Shown: positions 38,152 through 47,547 of the stretch, piece after piece
Layout of the letters: each line of letters begins with the position of its first letter
How positions within the stretch are numbered: the stretch's first letter is position 1
Origin: Escherichia phage VEcB
DNA length: 64,000 nt
Direction: 5' to 3' (one strand)
Sequence record: NC_052663.1
The notes under the pieces: model-generated
The model's database searches: none
What the model saw: only the letters and a program-made list of their open reading frames with translations
Told to the model about the DNA's origin: nothing
Translations under genes and position numbers: made by a program

Positions 38152-39036
38152 TTATTTTTGAATAGTTGACTTAATAAGGTCTTGCATAATACCACGGATT
38201 TCATTAAAGCACAGAAGGACAGATGCTTCAAAAGATCCTTCTTCATCGTTAAAGTATTTAGGGAATTTAATACCACTCAACTTAAATTCTTTATCAACAA
38301 TAAAGTTAACGAAACCGTCATATTCCAGGCCAATGGCAACAACGTGCTTACCATCTTCCATAAGTTCTACTGCACGAGATTCATAAAGGGATTCTTTACT
38401 CCATACAACCACACCTTCAGAATCTTCAAGTTTAATATAATTACCAAGGGTCAGTCGTTCAGCCTCATGTTCTTCTAAGATGGTATCAAAACCTTTAATA
38501 ATGGCCTCTTCGTGTACACTAAACGGCAGGACTGGGAAAGTACCCAACACCTCACGAAGAAACACAGCAATATCTTCACTAATTTTCTTAGTACCATTAA
38601 GAACGTAGGTAATACTGTTTTCAGTGTCTACAACAACATAGTTATAGAAATCATCTGCCTCTGTCTCTGGGAGCAGAGAAAACACGATATCAGCCTCAAT
38701 TGCTTTTTTACTTTCTTTGTCCAAGAAGAATTCTTTAGTAGGATTTGCAGCAATAAACTCTTGTTCCATCTCTTGGAGTTTTTCATTAAGAATGCGTTTA
38801 ACTTTTTTCTTGTTAACTTTCTTAACAGATTGCCCTACTTTAATAACCTCTAAACCAGAGAACACTTTTACATAGGAACCATCATCTTCAAAACGAACAA
38901 GACCAATGGTATGTGCTTGTTGACCCTGTGCCATAACAAAATCCAGCGGTTTGTCTGTTACTGTGTTCAGTGCGGAAATAGACAGACCATCACCAGAAAT
39001 CAGGGTTACGCAAGATTTGAAATTTTTAGCAAACAT
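38152..39036 (-). CDS. RdgC-like recombination-associated protein
   Basis: 294 aa; FSLLPETE and FLREVLGTFPVLPFS regions resemble E. coli RdgC. Confidence 0.45.
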   Translation of the reverse strand: MFAKNFKSCVTLISGDGLSISALNTVTDKPLDFVMAQGQQAHTIGLVRFEDDGSYVKVFSGLEVIKVGQSVKKVNKKKVKRILNEKLQEMEQEFIAANPTKEFFLDKESKKAIEADIVFSLLPETEADDFYNYVVVDTENSITYVLNGTKKISEDIAVFLREVLGTFPVLPFSVHEEAIIKGFDTILEEHEAERLTLGNYIKLEDSEGVVVWSKESLYESRAVELMEDGKHVVAIGLEYDGFVNFIVDKEFKLSGIKFPKYFNDEEGSFEASVLLCFNEIRGIMQDLIKSTIQK

Positions 39037-39046
39037 AGTTTTCTCC

Positions 39047-39325
39047 TCAAATAATAACTACAAAATATTTTACACCATCATATTCGACAATATGATCAGG
39101 ATATTTAAATCCTTTATAAGATTTACCAAACAGACTAACAGCCTCATTAGCTTTGTTTTGCGGATTACTCAGCCACTGTTCTTCTGTGTAAAACTTAAAC
39201 TCTGTTCTCTTACCTTCTTTTTCTAAACCAACAATTTCCTGTGTGATATCTTCAATACCTGCATTCTTCAAGGATTTGATTACCTGACGCAAACCGTGTT
39301 TAAAGATATCTTCTGCTGTTAACAT
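39047..39325 (-). CDS. hypothetical protein
   Basis: 92-aa ORF. Confidence 0.4.
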   Translation of the reverse strand: MLTAEDIFKHGLRQVIKSLKNAGIEDITQEIVGLEKEGKRTEFKFYTEEQWLSNPQNKANEAVSLFGKSYKGFKYPDHIVEYDGVKYFVVII

Positions 39326-39338
39326 AATACCTCCAATA

Positions 39339-39357
39339 AGCCCCCGAATGGGCTTTA
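39339..39357 (-). terminator. terminator-like hairpin AGCCC-CCGAAT-GGGCT
   Basis: GC stem immediately downstream of 39362-40084 stop. Confidence 0.4.
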
Positions 39358-39361
39358 TTTC

Positions 39362-40084
39362 TTAAGCAATGATTGCTGCGATATTAGGTTTAACAAAGGT
39401 AGATGGTTTCATAATTTTACCTTTGTCATCAAAGAATACGTATACCTTTTGAACTTCGTTATATACAGCATGTACCCCAGTATAAGAACCTTCTGCACGA
39501 TCTTTGCTTCGCATCTCGATAGCATCGCACTCTTTTTCAAGAGCTTCAATAATATCCTTAGTTTCCCAAATAGCCAGGAGTTGCTTCTTGGTAGGATACT
39601 TGGACTCATTGCTATTCAACACTTCACGCATAACCTTCTTCTCGTTATAAACAGAACGCACCAAAGTATCTCGTGCCATACGGGTAAGTGTAAGAGACAT
39701 TAAGGCAAATTGCAAGTCATTTTCTACCATTTTATCAAATTCAATGATAACATCGTAAATGTTCTCTGCCAGAACATCTCCTGTCGGCATTTCCAGAGCT
39801 TTATCAACACCTTCTTTACCAAAGAACATAAATGCCAGATAGGATGCTACCACAAAAATATCTGCTGCTGCATCAAGTAATTCAACGTGATCATTTTCCT
39901 GTGCTGCTGCTTGGAACTCTTTAAGTTCTTCTCGTACAAAAGAAAGTTGAGCTTCAAACATCTCTTGAGTAAACTCTGGAGTTACTCCACCACGTGCCTT
40001 AGCATTCCAAGCAACAATTTGATCGGCAGCTTTGATAAAGAAGCTATTGTCCACTTTTACTTGTTTGAAAAAATTCTCGATCAT
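39362..40084 (-). CDS. putative MazG-like nucleoside triphosphate pyrophosphohydrolase
   Basis: EELKEF...ELLDAAADI pattern typical of all-alpha NTP-PPases. Confidence 0.4.
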   Translation of the reverse strand: MIENFFKQVKVDNSFFIKAADQIVAWNAKARGGVTPEFTQEMFEAQLSFVREELKEFQAAAQENDHVELLDAAADIFVVASYLAFMFFGKEGVDKALEMPTGDVLAENIYDVIIEFDKMVENDLQFALMSLTLTRMARDTLVRSVYNEKKVMREVLNSNESKYPTKKQLLAIWETKDIIEALEKECDAIEMRSKDRAEGSYTGVHAVYNEVQKVYVFFDDKGKIMKPSTFVKPNIAAIIA

Positions 40085-40093
40085 TGTTTCTCC

Positions 40094-40285
40094 TTATTTA
40101 AAATATTGTTTTGTAAATTCCACCAGATATACAACAACTGCACCCATTTGTACACCTGCTGCACCGTAGACAATCATCAGACTAGCCTTCTGCCACCATG
40201 TTGGGTGAGGGAAAGTTGATGCGACAATTATACCACAAGCAACAATAGAAAGCAACACAAGAATCAAAATAACTTCAATGCTCAT
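40094..40285 (-). CDS. small membrane protein (two TM helices)
   Basis: 63-aa hydrophobic ORF. Confidence 0.45.
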   Translation of the reverse strand: MSIEVILILVLLSIVACGIIVASTFPHPTWWQKASLMIVYGAAGVQMGAVVVYLVEFTKQYFK

Positions 40286-40296
40286 TGCAACCTCCT

Positions 40297-40926
40297 TTAT
40301 GTTTTAATCTTGCCAAAATACAATACTTCAGCTTCCTGTCTTGCTGATATAGCATCTTCAATATCAATAAATGCTCCAAGACGGATATCTTTTCCTTGAT
40401 AGGATATACGAGCAATCCATCTTTTTTCTTTCTCGCTCCACACAACACCTGTTTTACCAGAAGTGTTATTTTTCTGTTTTCGTGTATTGTATGACTGGAC
40501 AGACCTTGTAGCCCAGCGACAATTTTCTTTACTGTAATCTTTTTCAGAGTCTATTCTGTCAAGAGATAAACCTTTAGGTCTATCTCCCATATCCTCAAAG
40601 AATGCAGAGAATGAATTTCTCCAAGCATCACAAACCTTAATACCACGACCACCGTAGTATTCAAAGTGAGTATTGTTTTTGTTATAGCATCTCCCTAACA
40701 TAGCTTCCCACGATTTGTATGCTCCTGTTTGTGTTGTTTTCGGTCTACACTTGGAACAATAAGAACTTCTATTCTTCCTAAGTGTTTCCATAGTTACCGT
40801 GCAAATATTACCACAATCACAAGAACAAGTAAAACGTCTTTTGCCATGTTTGTCCCTTTCAATCTCTTCTAAGACAGTATAACAACCGCATTTCTTACCT
40901 ACAAGGTCTACTCTCTTGGCTCCCAT
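40297..40926 (-). CDS. homing-endonuclease-like protein with Cys-rich N-terminus and AP2 domain
   Basis: RWIARISYQGKDIRLGAFIDIEDAISA AP2-type motif; paralog of 28717-29373. Confidence 0.4.
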   Translation of the reverse strand: MGAKRVDLVGKKCGCYTVLEEIERDKHGKRRFTCSCDCGNICTVTMETLRKNRSSYCSKCRPKTTQTGAYKSWEAMLGRCYNKNNTHFEYYGGRGIKVCDAWRNSFSAFFEDMGDRPKGLSLDRIDSEKDYSKENCRWATRSVQSYNTRKQKNNTSGKTGVVWSEKEKRWIARISYQGKDIRLGAFIDIEDAISARQEAEVLYFGKIKT

Positions 40927-42023
40927 GTTCCCTCCACCATTTCCCGTAAACGGACACCTGTTGGTTTCGTAGGTATTCCACCATCGGAAAACTCTTCATA
41001 CTCAATCTCAACAAATTTACCAATTAACATTTCGGCATTTTCTGCTTTACGATAGTTAATGGTTTCATCTGAATCCTTACGCATCAGGAATTCGACTACT
41101 TTACCATTTTCCATCTCTCCTGTCAATACCCCGTCACCATTTTTATCACGCTTTGCACTTACCACTTTAACTTCAAGCGTCTGACGTGGTTTACGTTTAA
41201 TAACATCATAAGAACGTTTATCGAATTCGTAAACACCTTTTGCGTTACGATACACTACACCTTCCGCTTTCTCACGTAGAGCTTTTGCATAGAAAGCATC
41301 AAACTGTTCTTGGTTTTCAATGTACTCTGTATGTACTACACAAATAAGTTCATCTAAACCTTTATCTTCAACAACTTCTTTTAGAGCAGCCAAAACTTGA
41401 ACCCTCTTCTCAAATGGTACAGATGCCACAGGAACATCGTATACATAATATTTAAGAAGCGGTGTGTTAGCATTATGCTTTTTCCACGCACTATTAATTT
41501 GTTGAAGGCTAAGGACACCCAAGCCAGCAAAAACTTCACCGTCAAGAGGATGACCAACTACTTCTTTAATGAAGGTTGGAATTTCTTCCCAGTGAGGTGG
41601 AAGTTTATATACCTCCCCAGCTTTAGATAAACATTCACCTTGCATGTTAATCATTGAACGTAGACCATTCAATTTATATTGTGCATAACCTGGGAACAAA
41701 ACACGGTCAGCATAATCTTTATAATCCTGACATTTCATGGGTGTGGAAGGAACATGGTTTTCAGCTTCCTCTTTTGTTTTATAATACCCATTCTTAAGTT
41801 GCTTTGTCCACTTGGCAAGAGCTTCTATTTCAGCTTGTTCTTCTGCTGTTGTTTCATTTGAGCGACCAATATTTTTAGGTTCTGCCGTATAAGATTTGCT
41901 AGTAATCTTTCCACCTAATTGACCATGAGCAACAGTTACAACACTACCTTCGGTATAGACTGACCACTGTTTAATTTTACCTGTAGAAGTTTTACCATAT
42001 AACGTAGGATTAGTTTGTTTCAT
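40908..42023 (-). CDS. ATP-dependent DNA ligase
   Basis: motif I KLNGLR, III DGEVF, IV EGVVYR, V VIKRKP; start placed at internal Met (ORF track end 42071). Confidence 0.75.
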   Translation of the reverse strand: MKQTNPTLYGKTSTGKIKQWSVYTEGSVVTVAHGQLGGKITSKSYTAEPKNIGRSNETTAEEQAEIEALAKWTKQLKNGYYKTKEEAENHVPSTPMKCQDYKDYADRVLFPGYAQYKLNGLRSMINMQGECLSKAGEVYKLPPHWEEIPTFIKEVVGHPLDGEVFAGLGVLSLQQINSAWKKHNANTPLLKYYVYDVPVASVPFEKRVQVLAALKEVVEDKGLDELICVVHTEYIENQEQFDAFYAKALREKAEGVVYRNAKGVYEFDKRSYDVIKRKPRQTLEVKVVSAKRDKNGDGVLTGEMENGKVVEFLMRKDSDETINYRKAENAEMLIGKFVEIEYEEFSDGGIPTKPTGVRLREMVEGTWEPRE

Positions 42024-42213
42024 CTTTAACCTCCAGTTGCGAAAGAACCCATTTAGCCATTTCAATTTCACCGTGCAGTCTGCCTAGTTCATAGGCATCA
42101 TCAATATTACCACCAGTGTAATCATCCACCATAAAGTAAGGATCTTCGCTACTGTTAGGTGCGTTTGCAATTCTCGTTAGTTCTTCAATAAATGTCATAG
42201 TTACCCTTACCAA
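42010..42213 (-). CDS. hypothetical protein
   Basis: 67-aa ORF. Confidence 0.35.
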   Translation of the reverse strand: MVRVTMTFIEELTRIANAPNSSEDPYFMVDDYTGGNIDDAYELGRLHGEIEMAKWVLSQLEVKDETN

Positions 42214-42431
42214 TTATACACAAGAGTTTGAATCTCTTCCATCAAGTCTTCAAGATCTGTATCAACATATTCAGAAGATGTTGCCATAAAGTATGTAATC
42301 ATTGTGAACCCTTCCGAAGAAAGGGCATCAAGGATATCATTAAACATATCTTCCATTTCAGTATTCTCACCAAATGAGAATAACATTTGTTGATCTTCGC
42401 TTACACCTTTAACATAGATAGCTGTACTCAT
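42207..42431 (-). CDS. hypothetical acidic protein
   Basis: 74-aa ORF. Confidence 0.4.
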   Translation of the reverse strand: MSTAIYVKGVSEDQQMLFSFGENTEMEDMFNDILDALSSEGFTMITYFMATSSEYVDTDLEDLMEEIQTLVYNW

Positions 42432-42434
42432 ATA

Positions 42435-42755
42435 TTAATCCTTAAGACGTTCATTTAAATCTGCAATAACATCACCTAAATCTTCACATTCCAGTGTTAA
42501 CTCTGAAACTTGTCCACTCAAATAACAAACCTCTTCATTTAGATCTGAAATAATGTTTTCTAATGAATCTACTTGGTCATCATACGAACGTTTTGTTTCT
42601 TCAAGTTCTTCCGTAAGATCATTAATCAAACTGAGCAAAGATAAGATATAGCCGTCTCCTGTCTCGTTCCTCCACTCACTTCCGTAGCGATAAATAATAA
42701 TTTCACCATTATCGACTACTGTAAAATACTTACCTTCACCAGAATAAATTTCCAT
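42435..42755 (-). CDS. hypothetical protein
   Basis: 106-aa ORF. Confidence 0.4.
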   Translation of the reverse strand: MEIYSGEGKYFTVVDNGEIIIYRYGSEWRNETGDGYILSLLSLINDLTEELEETKRSYDDQVDSLENIISDLNEEVCYLSGQVSELTLECEDLGDVIADLNERLKD

Positions 42756-42764
42756 ACGCTCTCC

Positions 42765-43169
42765 TTATTGTAGCTTAAGTGAACTGCGAAGACGTTTCTC
42801 TTGCTGATCACGAATATGTTGTGGAACCTCATGAATTGAGTCGTTACCGTGCCTATTTTCAACAACTAAAGAGATAACTTGATAACCAAACTCTTCGGCA
42901 AGAGTAAAATAAGGTTTAAGTTCTTTCTCTGTGGTTGAAGTGTTAGAGACAATAATCTTTTTAATATTAGATGCCATAGCATCACGAACAATACTCTGAC
43001 ACCATGCGTGTGCTTTACCTACATTTTCTGGCTTCCAATCGTAAGCCCCGTTTTCTGTGTAATGATATTGATCTGCCTCACAGATAGGCCAATAACCTTC
43101 AGAAATAATTTCTGCTACTGTAGATTTACCTGCACCTGAAACACCACGTAAAATGATAAGTTGTTTCAT
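42765..43169 (-). CDS. P-loop kinase (polynucleotide-kinase-like)
   Basis: Walker A GVSGAGKST in a 134-aa protein directly downstream of the ligase-like gene. Confidence 0.55.
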   Translation of the reverse strand: MKQLIILRGVSGAGKSTVAEIISEGYWPICEADQYHYTENGAYDWKPENVGKAHAWCQSIVRDAMASNIKKIIVSNTSTTEKELKPYFTLAEEFGYQVISLVVENRHGNDSIHEVPQHIRDQQEKRLRSSLKLQ

Positions 43170-44102
43170 TTAGCCTCCAAAGAAGTTTTCTATTTCTTTA
43201 CGTCGCTCTTGTGGGTCTAGAGCAGCCCATTGAACCTTCGTAAAGTTATTTCGAAGCCATTCTAGCAAAGTATAATATTCTTCGTCAACAATTTGTTTAG
43301 CATTTTTTGGGTTGTCCCAAATCATATCCCACTTCTTATTGCCACCACGCATAAGGAACTTCTTAGCAAGATAGTATGGTGACTTAATCTTTAAGAGTAA
43401 GTTAAACGGATAGTTTGTTTCACGAACAACAAAGCCTTCGTGTCTACAATGTTTAGACATTTCAACAACATCTGAAAATTTAATCATCGGATAAACTTCA
43501 GGACGTTTAAATTTTGTAATAGATGCAATCCCATCAAGAACACCTTCAGGTAACATGAAACTTGTCCCATCCAGGTTTTGAATTCTTGCTCCAATTAAGT
43601 ACGCGCCTGGTTCTTCTTCGACAATATGTGGATCAGAAGGATCGCAGATTTCAAAAAGAAAAGTTGCTTTTGCACTTTCTGTCCACTTAATGAAATACTC
43701 TATGTCGTCACACTCGGAAACAATACGGTTCTTTGCCATAATTGCAAAATCTGATTCTAGGCTCCCTGTTGTTGATACAACAAGTTTCCCTTTGTACACA
43801 CCTACAGATGCCATAAAACCGTTTACTTTACGGACAGCATCTACAAGTTGGTCTGCTGGAAGATCTGTACCATTTTCAAAACGATTAAAGATTTTAGTAA
43901 AAGGCCAAATAACAACATTGTCTTCTGAGTCAACAACCAACCCACGACAATCTAGAAGGCGTTTGTCTACGTCCCACAAATTGTCCCAGAATACATTGTT
44001 TTTGTATTTAAGTACAGCAAGACCAGCATACTCTCCAGATTTAACTTCTTTTTTATGCACTAAACCTTTTGCAATCAGGTCATCACAATTGAACTTAGCC
44101 AC
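43170..44102 (-). CDS. RNA-ligase-like covalent nucleotidyltransferase
   Basis: motif I KVNG, motif IV EGFVVR, motif V LKIK. Confidence 0.5.
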   Translation of the reverse strand: MAKFNCDDLIAKGLVHKKEVKSGEYAGLAVLKYKNNVFWDNLWDVDKRLLDCRGLVVDSEDNVVIWPFTKIFNRFENGTDLPADQLVDAVRKVNGFMASVGVYKGKLVVSTTGSLESDFAIMAKNRIVSECDDIEYFIKWTESAKATFLFEICDPSDPHIVEEEPGAYLIGARIQNLDGTSFMLPEGVLDGIASITKFKRPEVYPMIKFSDVVEMSKHCRHEGFVVRETNYPFNLLLKIKSPYYLAKKFLMRGGNKKWDMIWDNPKNAKQIVDEEYYTLLEWLRNNFTKVQWAALDPQERRKEIENFFGG

Positions 44103-44103
44103 C

Positions 44104-44655
44104 TTAATCTCCTTTGATTATCTTATGATGATCTACAACAACAATATCACGCTTATCCATAATAGAGATGATTTCGTCAAAATGCAAGATTTTTCCGTGT
44201 ACGTCCCAACCAACATCCAACATTTTCCCATACAAATGATCAGGGAATGATCCGTGAGAGTGCCCGTGTAGCATGATTGATCCATGCCCTTGTTTATTCC
44301 AGGCAGCCATAGGGTAATGACTTAAGACGAAGAACAGTTTCTGATATTTCACTTCGTCATAATATACCACTTCACCATACTCTGCAAGCACTTTTCTGTG
44401 CTTACTGTAATCATGGTTCCCAACACAGTAAGTAATATCCCCTTGGAGACGGGAAGCAATCTTACGGGTATCTTCTTCAGTCCCGAAACAGAAGTCCCCA
44501 AGATGGTACATTTTTACTCCTGGTGTTGTGGCACATTTGTTCCATGCTTCGATCAGTGCTTCTGTCATATGCTCCATATCTTCCCACGGGCGATATTCAG
44601 GAGCAAACTCTCGAATACGTTTGTGCATAAAATGCAAATCACTTGTAATAAACAT
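44104..44655 (-). CDS. calcineurin-like metallophosphoesterase
   Basis: SDLHF, GDFCFG, GNHD, HGHSHG motifs. Confidence 0.7.
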   Translation of the reverse strand: MFITSDLHFMHKRIREFAPEYRPWEDMEHMTEALIEAWNKCATTPGVKMYHLGDFCFGTEEDTRKIASRLQGDITYCVGNHDYSKHRKVLAEYGEVVYYDEVKYQKLFFVLSHYPMAAWNKQGHGSIMLHGHSHGSFPDHLYGKMLDVGWDVHGKILHFDEIISIMDKRDIVVVDHHKIIKGD

Positions 44656-45017
44656 TAGTATAATCCCTCGCTGAATAGTTCACTGTCGTGACCATTTCTT
44701 TCATAGTTAATTTGTTTGGCGTTATCTGCAATGATATAAGCATCTTTGCGACTCCACCAATTATAATACTGATCAATAAACCCTTGATTATCAGGTAAGC
44801 AAAACAGTTTATCGATCAATCCTGCATCTTTTAAAACATTAAGTTGTGCAGATAGTACAGGATTTGCATGCCTAACACAAGGAATAATTAACTCTTCGCC
44901 ATTGTTGAGAATATACTTATTCGCAGCGCAGACTATAACACGTTGAGCATAGTGATCCTCACCAATCCAGGTAAGAGGTTGGTAACAAATATCATGTTGA
45001 TTAGTAGCGCACATCAA
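44655..45017 (-). CDS. hypothetical protein
   Basis: 120-aa ORF. Confidence 0.45.
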   Translation of the reverse strand: MMCATNQHDICYQPLTWIGEDHYAQRVIVCAANKYILNNGEELIIPCVRHANPVLSAQLNVLKDAGLIDKLFCLPDNQGFIDQYYNWWSRKDAYIIADNAKQINYERNGHDSELFSEGLY

Positions 45018-45169
45018 TTTTCTTCATACTCTTCGTCTGTATATATATCGTAAAAGCAATCTTCAAAAGTTGCAAGTGCTTTTTCTACATCGGGCCAATG
45101 GTTAGTGTGTTTGTATACATAAAACCCATCCCCTTCATCTACCCAAATAACATAAAGCATAACACCTCC

Positions 45170-45544
45170 TTAATAGTTAACACGTTTAATTTCAACACCA
45201 TAGGATGAAATAAAATTTTCCTTAGCTAACATATATTTACCAGCAGCAGAAGGATTTGATGTATGAACATAGATAGTTTTAAGAGCATCCCATTCACCTG
45301 CGTACAACATACATTCTACATCTAAGAACGCATGATATCCTTCTTGATCTTCCCCAAGATCATTATCGAAGTGTATTTCTGAGATGTTATTGAAATTATC
45401 TTCATCTGAAACAAAAGATGACCAATCCCCAAAAGATTTTAACCAAATGGCATCCTCATAACCATAATCTTTAGGATCTCTTAAATCGTCTAACCAAAGA
45501 ATTTTAGCCACTATCAACCCCCTTCCTGTTTCTCTTCTTTCCAA
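45170..45544 (-). CDS. hypothetical protein
   Basis: 124-aa ORF. Confidence 0.45.
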   Translation of the reverse strand: MERRETGRGLIVAKILWLDDLRDPKDYGYEDAIWLKSFGDWSSFVSDEDNFNNISEIHFDNDLGEDQEGYHAFLDVECMLYAGEWDALKTIYVHTSNPSAAGKYMLAKENFISSYGVEIKRVNY

Positions 45545-45705
45545 GTTTTACCTTTATCTACCAATTGCTTAGAAACAGCAAATCTTTCTCCATTGACATA
45601 AAACAGATAAAGAATAAAGGATTTTCCTATAGTTACAGTATCTACTACTTCTACACGCTTTACACCTTGCATGTATTTGGCTTTACCTGAATAAATAAGG
45701 AACAT
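45514..45705 (-). CDS. hypothetical protein
   Basis: 63-aa ORF. Confidence 0.35.
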   Translation of the reverse strand: MFLIYSGKAKYMQGVKRVEVVDTVTIGKSFILYLFYVNGERFAVSKQLVDKGKTWKEEKQEGG

Positions 45706-45983
45706 TATTTATTCCTTTTGTTGTTGATCACATCTAAAGCTGTGTAAGGTTTGTTTGTACCGCTGTATTCAAGAATAATTGGTGCATGTTCATAGACAAA
45801 CTCAAAAGTACCATACACAGAATCTGCAACTGAAATAAGCATTTCAGTGCCTTCATCGTTCTTAATTAATGAAAACCTTGCCCCTGGTTTATTGAGCACT
45901 TCATATTTCTTACCTGCTGTCAGCAAACCTGAATACCATTCATTTTGCACAACAGACAAACACTTCAGATAGGTTTTTCTCAT
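45705..45983 (-). CDS. hypothetical protein
   Basis: 92-aa ORF. Confidence 0.4.
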   Translation of the reverse strand: MRKTYLKCLSVVQNEWYSGLLTAGKKYEVLNKPGARFSLIKNDEGTEMLISVADSVYGTFEFVYEHAPIILEYSGTNKPYTALDVINNKRNK

Positions 45984-46321
45984 TTCTTTTTGCTCCTTCT
46001 TTTAGGCTTCTCGTATAAACCTAACACAGCAGACTCTTTTGCACAAATAGGAACTGACTTCATTCCTCGTTTTTTGGCTTCTGGTAGATTCAAAACCCAC
46101 CAGCCAAACCAATACAATTCATCTTCTGTGAAAGGATCTGCCATAGGATCTGCATCACGTTCTTCAAATCTAGCAAGAGCTTCTTCTATCTTCTCTATTG
46201 GAGTATCAAAGACAAAAGCCTCTGTGTCAAATTTTTGTTTCTTAGGAGCGGCCTTTGCCGCCCCATCTTTAGATGCGTGCTTTGTTACGGATCGCTTCTT
46301 CGGTGTTTTCGCCATCAACAA
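45980..46321 (-). CDS. hypothetical basic protein
   Basis: 113-aa ORF, lysine-rich termini. Confidence 0.45.
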   Translation of the reverse strand: MLMAKTPKKRSVTKHASKDGAAKAAPKKQKFDTEAFVFDTPIEKIEEALARFEERDADPMADPFTEDELYWFGWWVLNLPEAKKRGMKSVPICAKESAVLGLYEKPKRRSKKK

Positions 46322-46508
46322 CCTCCATACGGTGTAAGAAATCTTGCTGGAATCGCCAATACTGTTGACCAGTCCTTACATCTTCGTAGATCACAACAGG
46401 ATCAAACACTTTAGATACACCAGCTGGTTTAGGAAAACCAACTACACGATATAAACCACCTTTACTAATACAAGAATATGTTACATCAGTTAAAATTTCT
46501 TTTTTCAT
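46269..46508 (-). CDS. hypothetical protein
   Basis: 79-aa ORF. Confidence 0.35.
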   Translation of the reverse strand: MKKEILTDVTYSCISKGGLYRVVGFPKPAGVSKVFDPVVIYEDVRTGQQYWRFQQDFLHRMEVVDGENTEEAIRNKARI

Positions 46509-46702
46509 TTTTTAATAAACTCCAAAACAGGTACGTGATCAGCAGTCAAAGTTACACAATTGTAACTTACCTTTTCAACTTCAGAGAATGCTTCAACCCA
46601 AAGCAAGAAATTCTCTTTAGCTTCTTCATAATTCAATGTTGACTTAACAACATGGAACTCACCAAGAATTACTCTATAGATTGTTTGCATAGTTTGATTC
46701 AT
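46505..46702 (-). CDS. hypothetical protein
   Basis: 65-aa ORF. Confidence 0.4.
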   Translation of the reverse strand: MNQTMQTIYRVILGEFHVVKSTLNYEEAKENFLLWVEAFSEVEKVSYNCVTLTADHVPVLEFIKK

Positions 46703-46768
46703 TTATTTTTCCTTTGTTTAAAATGTGTTAAACAATCGCAAATGCTTGTGACGCACTTTGTGATCCCA

Positions 46769-47137
46769 CTAATTAACGTCAGCACTATGATTGTTGAGAG
46801 TATAGGATACTCCATCGCCCAAGTCAACATGAATCTCAACTCCTAACTGTCTTTCTAATGGTAAACGTTTTGAGAATTGATAATTACAAAGTTTGCAATC
46901 TAAGTCAAGCAACTCATGTTTGCTTAAGCCTGGGATGATAACTTTGCTTCCTACTGTCCACTCAATACCTTCAAAGTTATCTCTTCTTTTCAAAATGTCA
47001 AGTAAGAAGATGATTTGTTGCCATTCCGTAGACAAGTCTTCTTCATAGAACGCAGAACAAAAAGTTTTATCATCGTAGAAAGCATACATTATGCCTCCAT
47101 CTATTGTTTCACTTCTAACGTACCGTGTGACCCTCAT
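46769..47137 (-). CDS. hypothetical protein
   Basis: 122-aa ORF, first gene of minus block. Confidence 0.45.
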   Translation of the reverse strand: MRVTRYVRSETIDGGIMYAFYDDKTFCSAFYEEDLSTEWQQIIFLLDILKRRDNFEGIEWTVGSKVIIPGLSKHELLDLDCKLCNYQFSKRLPLERQLGVEIHVDLGDGVSYTLNNHSADVN

Positions 47138-47479
47138 TATTCCCTCCTATACGGCTCTGTAACGAGCTAATGGCCTTTAAGATATGCAATCACCTTACCT
47201 CACAGTAAAACTCGTTACAATCGTTTTTAGGAGGTTTAGGTTGTACTTAAAAATAATCCAAAAAGGTGTTGACAAACGCAAAAAAGTATGCTACCCTAAC
47301 CCCCGAAAAACGCCGAGCGCAGCGAGGGGGGTGTTATCTAATCTTGTGATACATGATCTAACAGACAACTGAGTAGTCTACATATAGCACTATGTTATGT
47401 CTATAATACTAACATACGTACTCTATACTAACAATAGATTCTTTAATAATTTTATTATTAATTAAATAATAAATATCTA

Positions 47480-47508
47480 TTGACTTTAGATCTATCTGTA
47501 TGTAGAGT
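47480..47508 (+). promoter_or_regulatory. sigma70-like promoter TTGACT-N17-TAGAGT
   Basis: hexamers 40 nt upstream of PRPP-synthetase-like gene in AT-rich divergent region. Confidence 0.5.
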
Positions 47509-47547
47509 AGAGAACATAAAGTCCTAACTCAACTAAGGAGATAAACA

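Noticed and set aside
47269-47297. TTGACA followed 17 nt later by TACCCT as a promoter
   Set aside because: The -10 is poor and it lies about 250 nt from the nearest plus-strand start; the TTGACT/TAGAGT site at 47480 is the better candidate.
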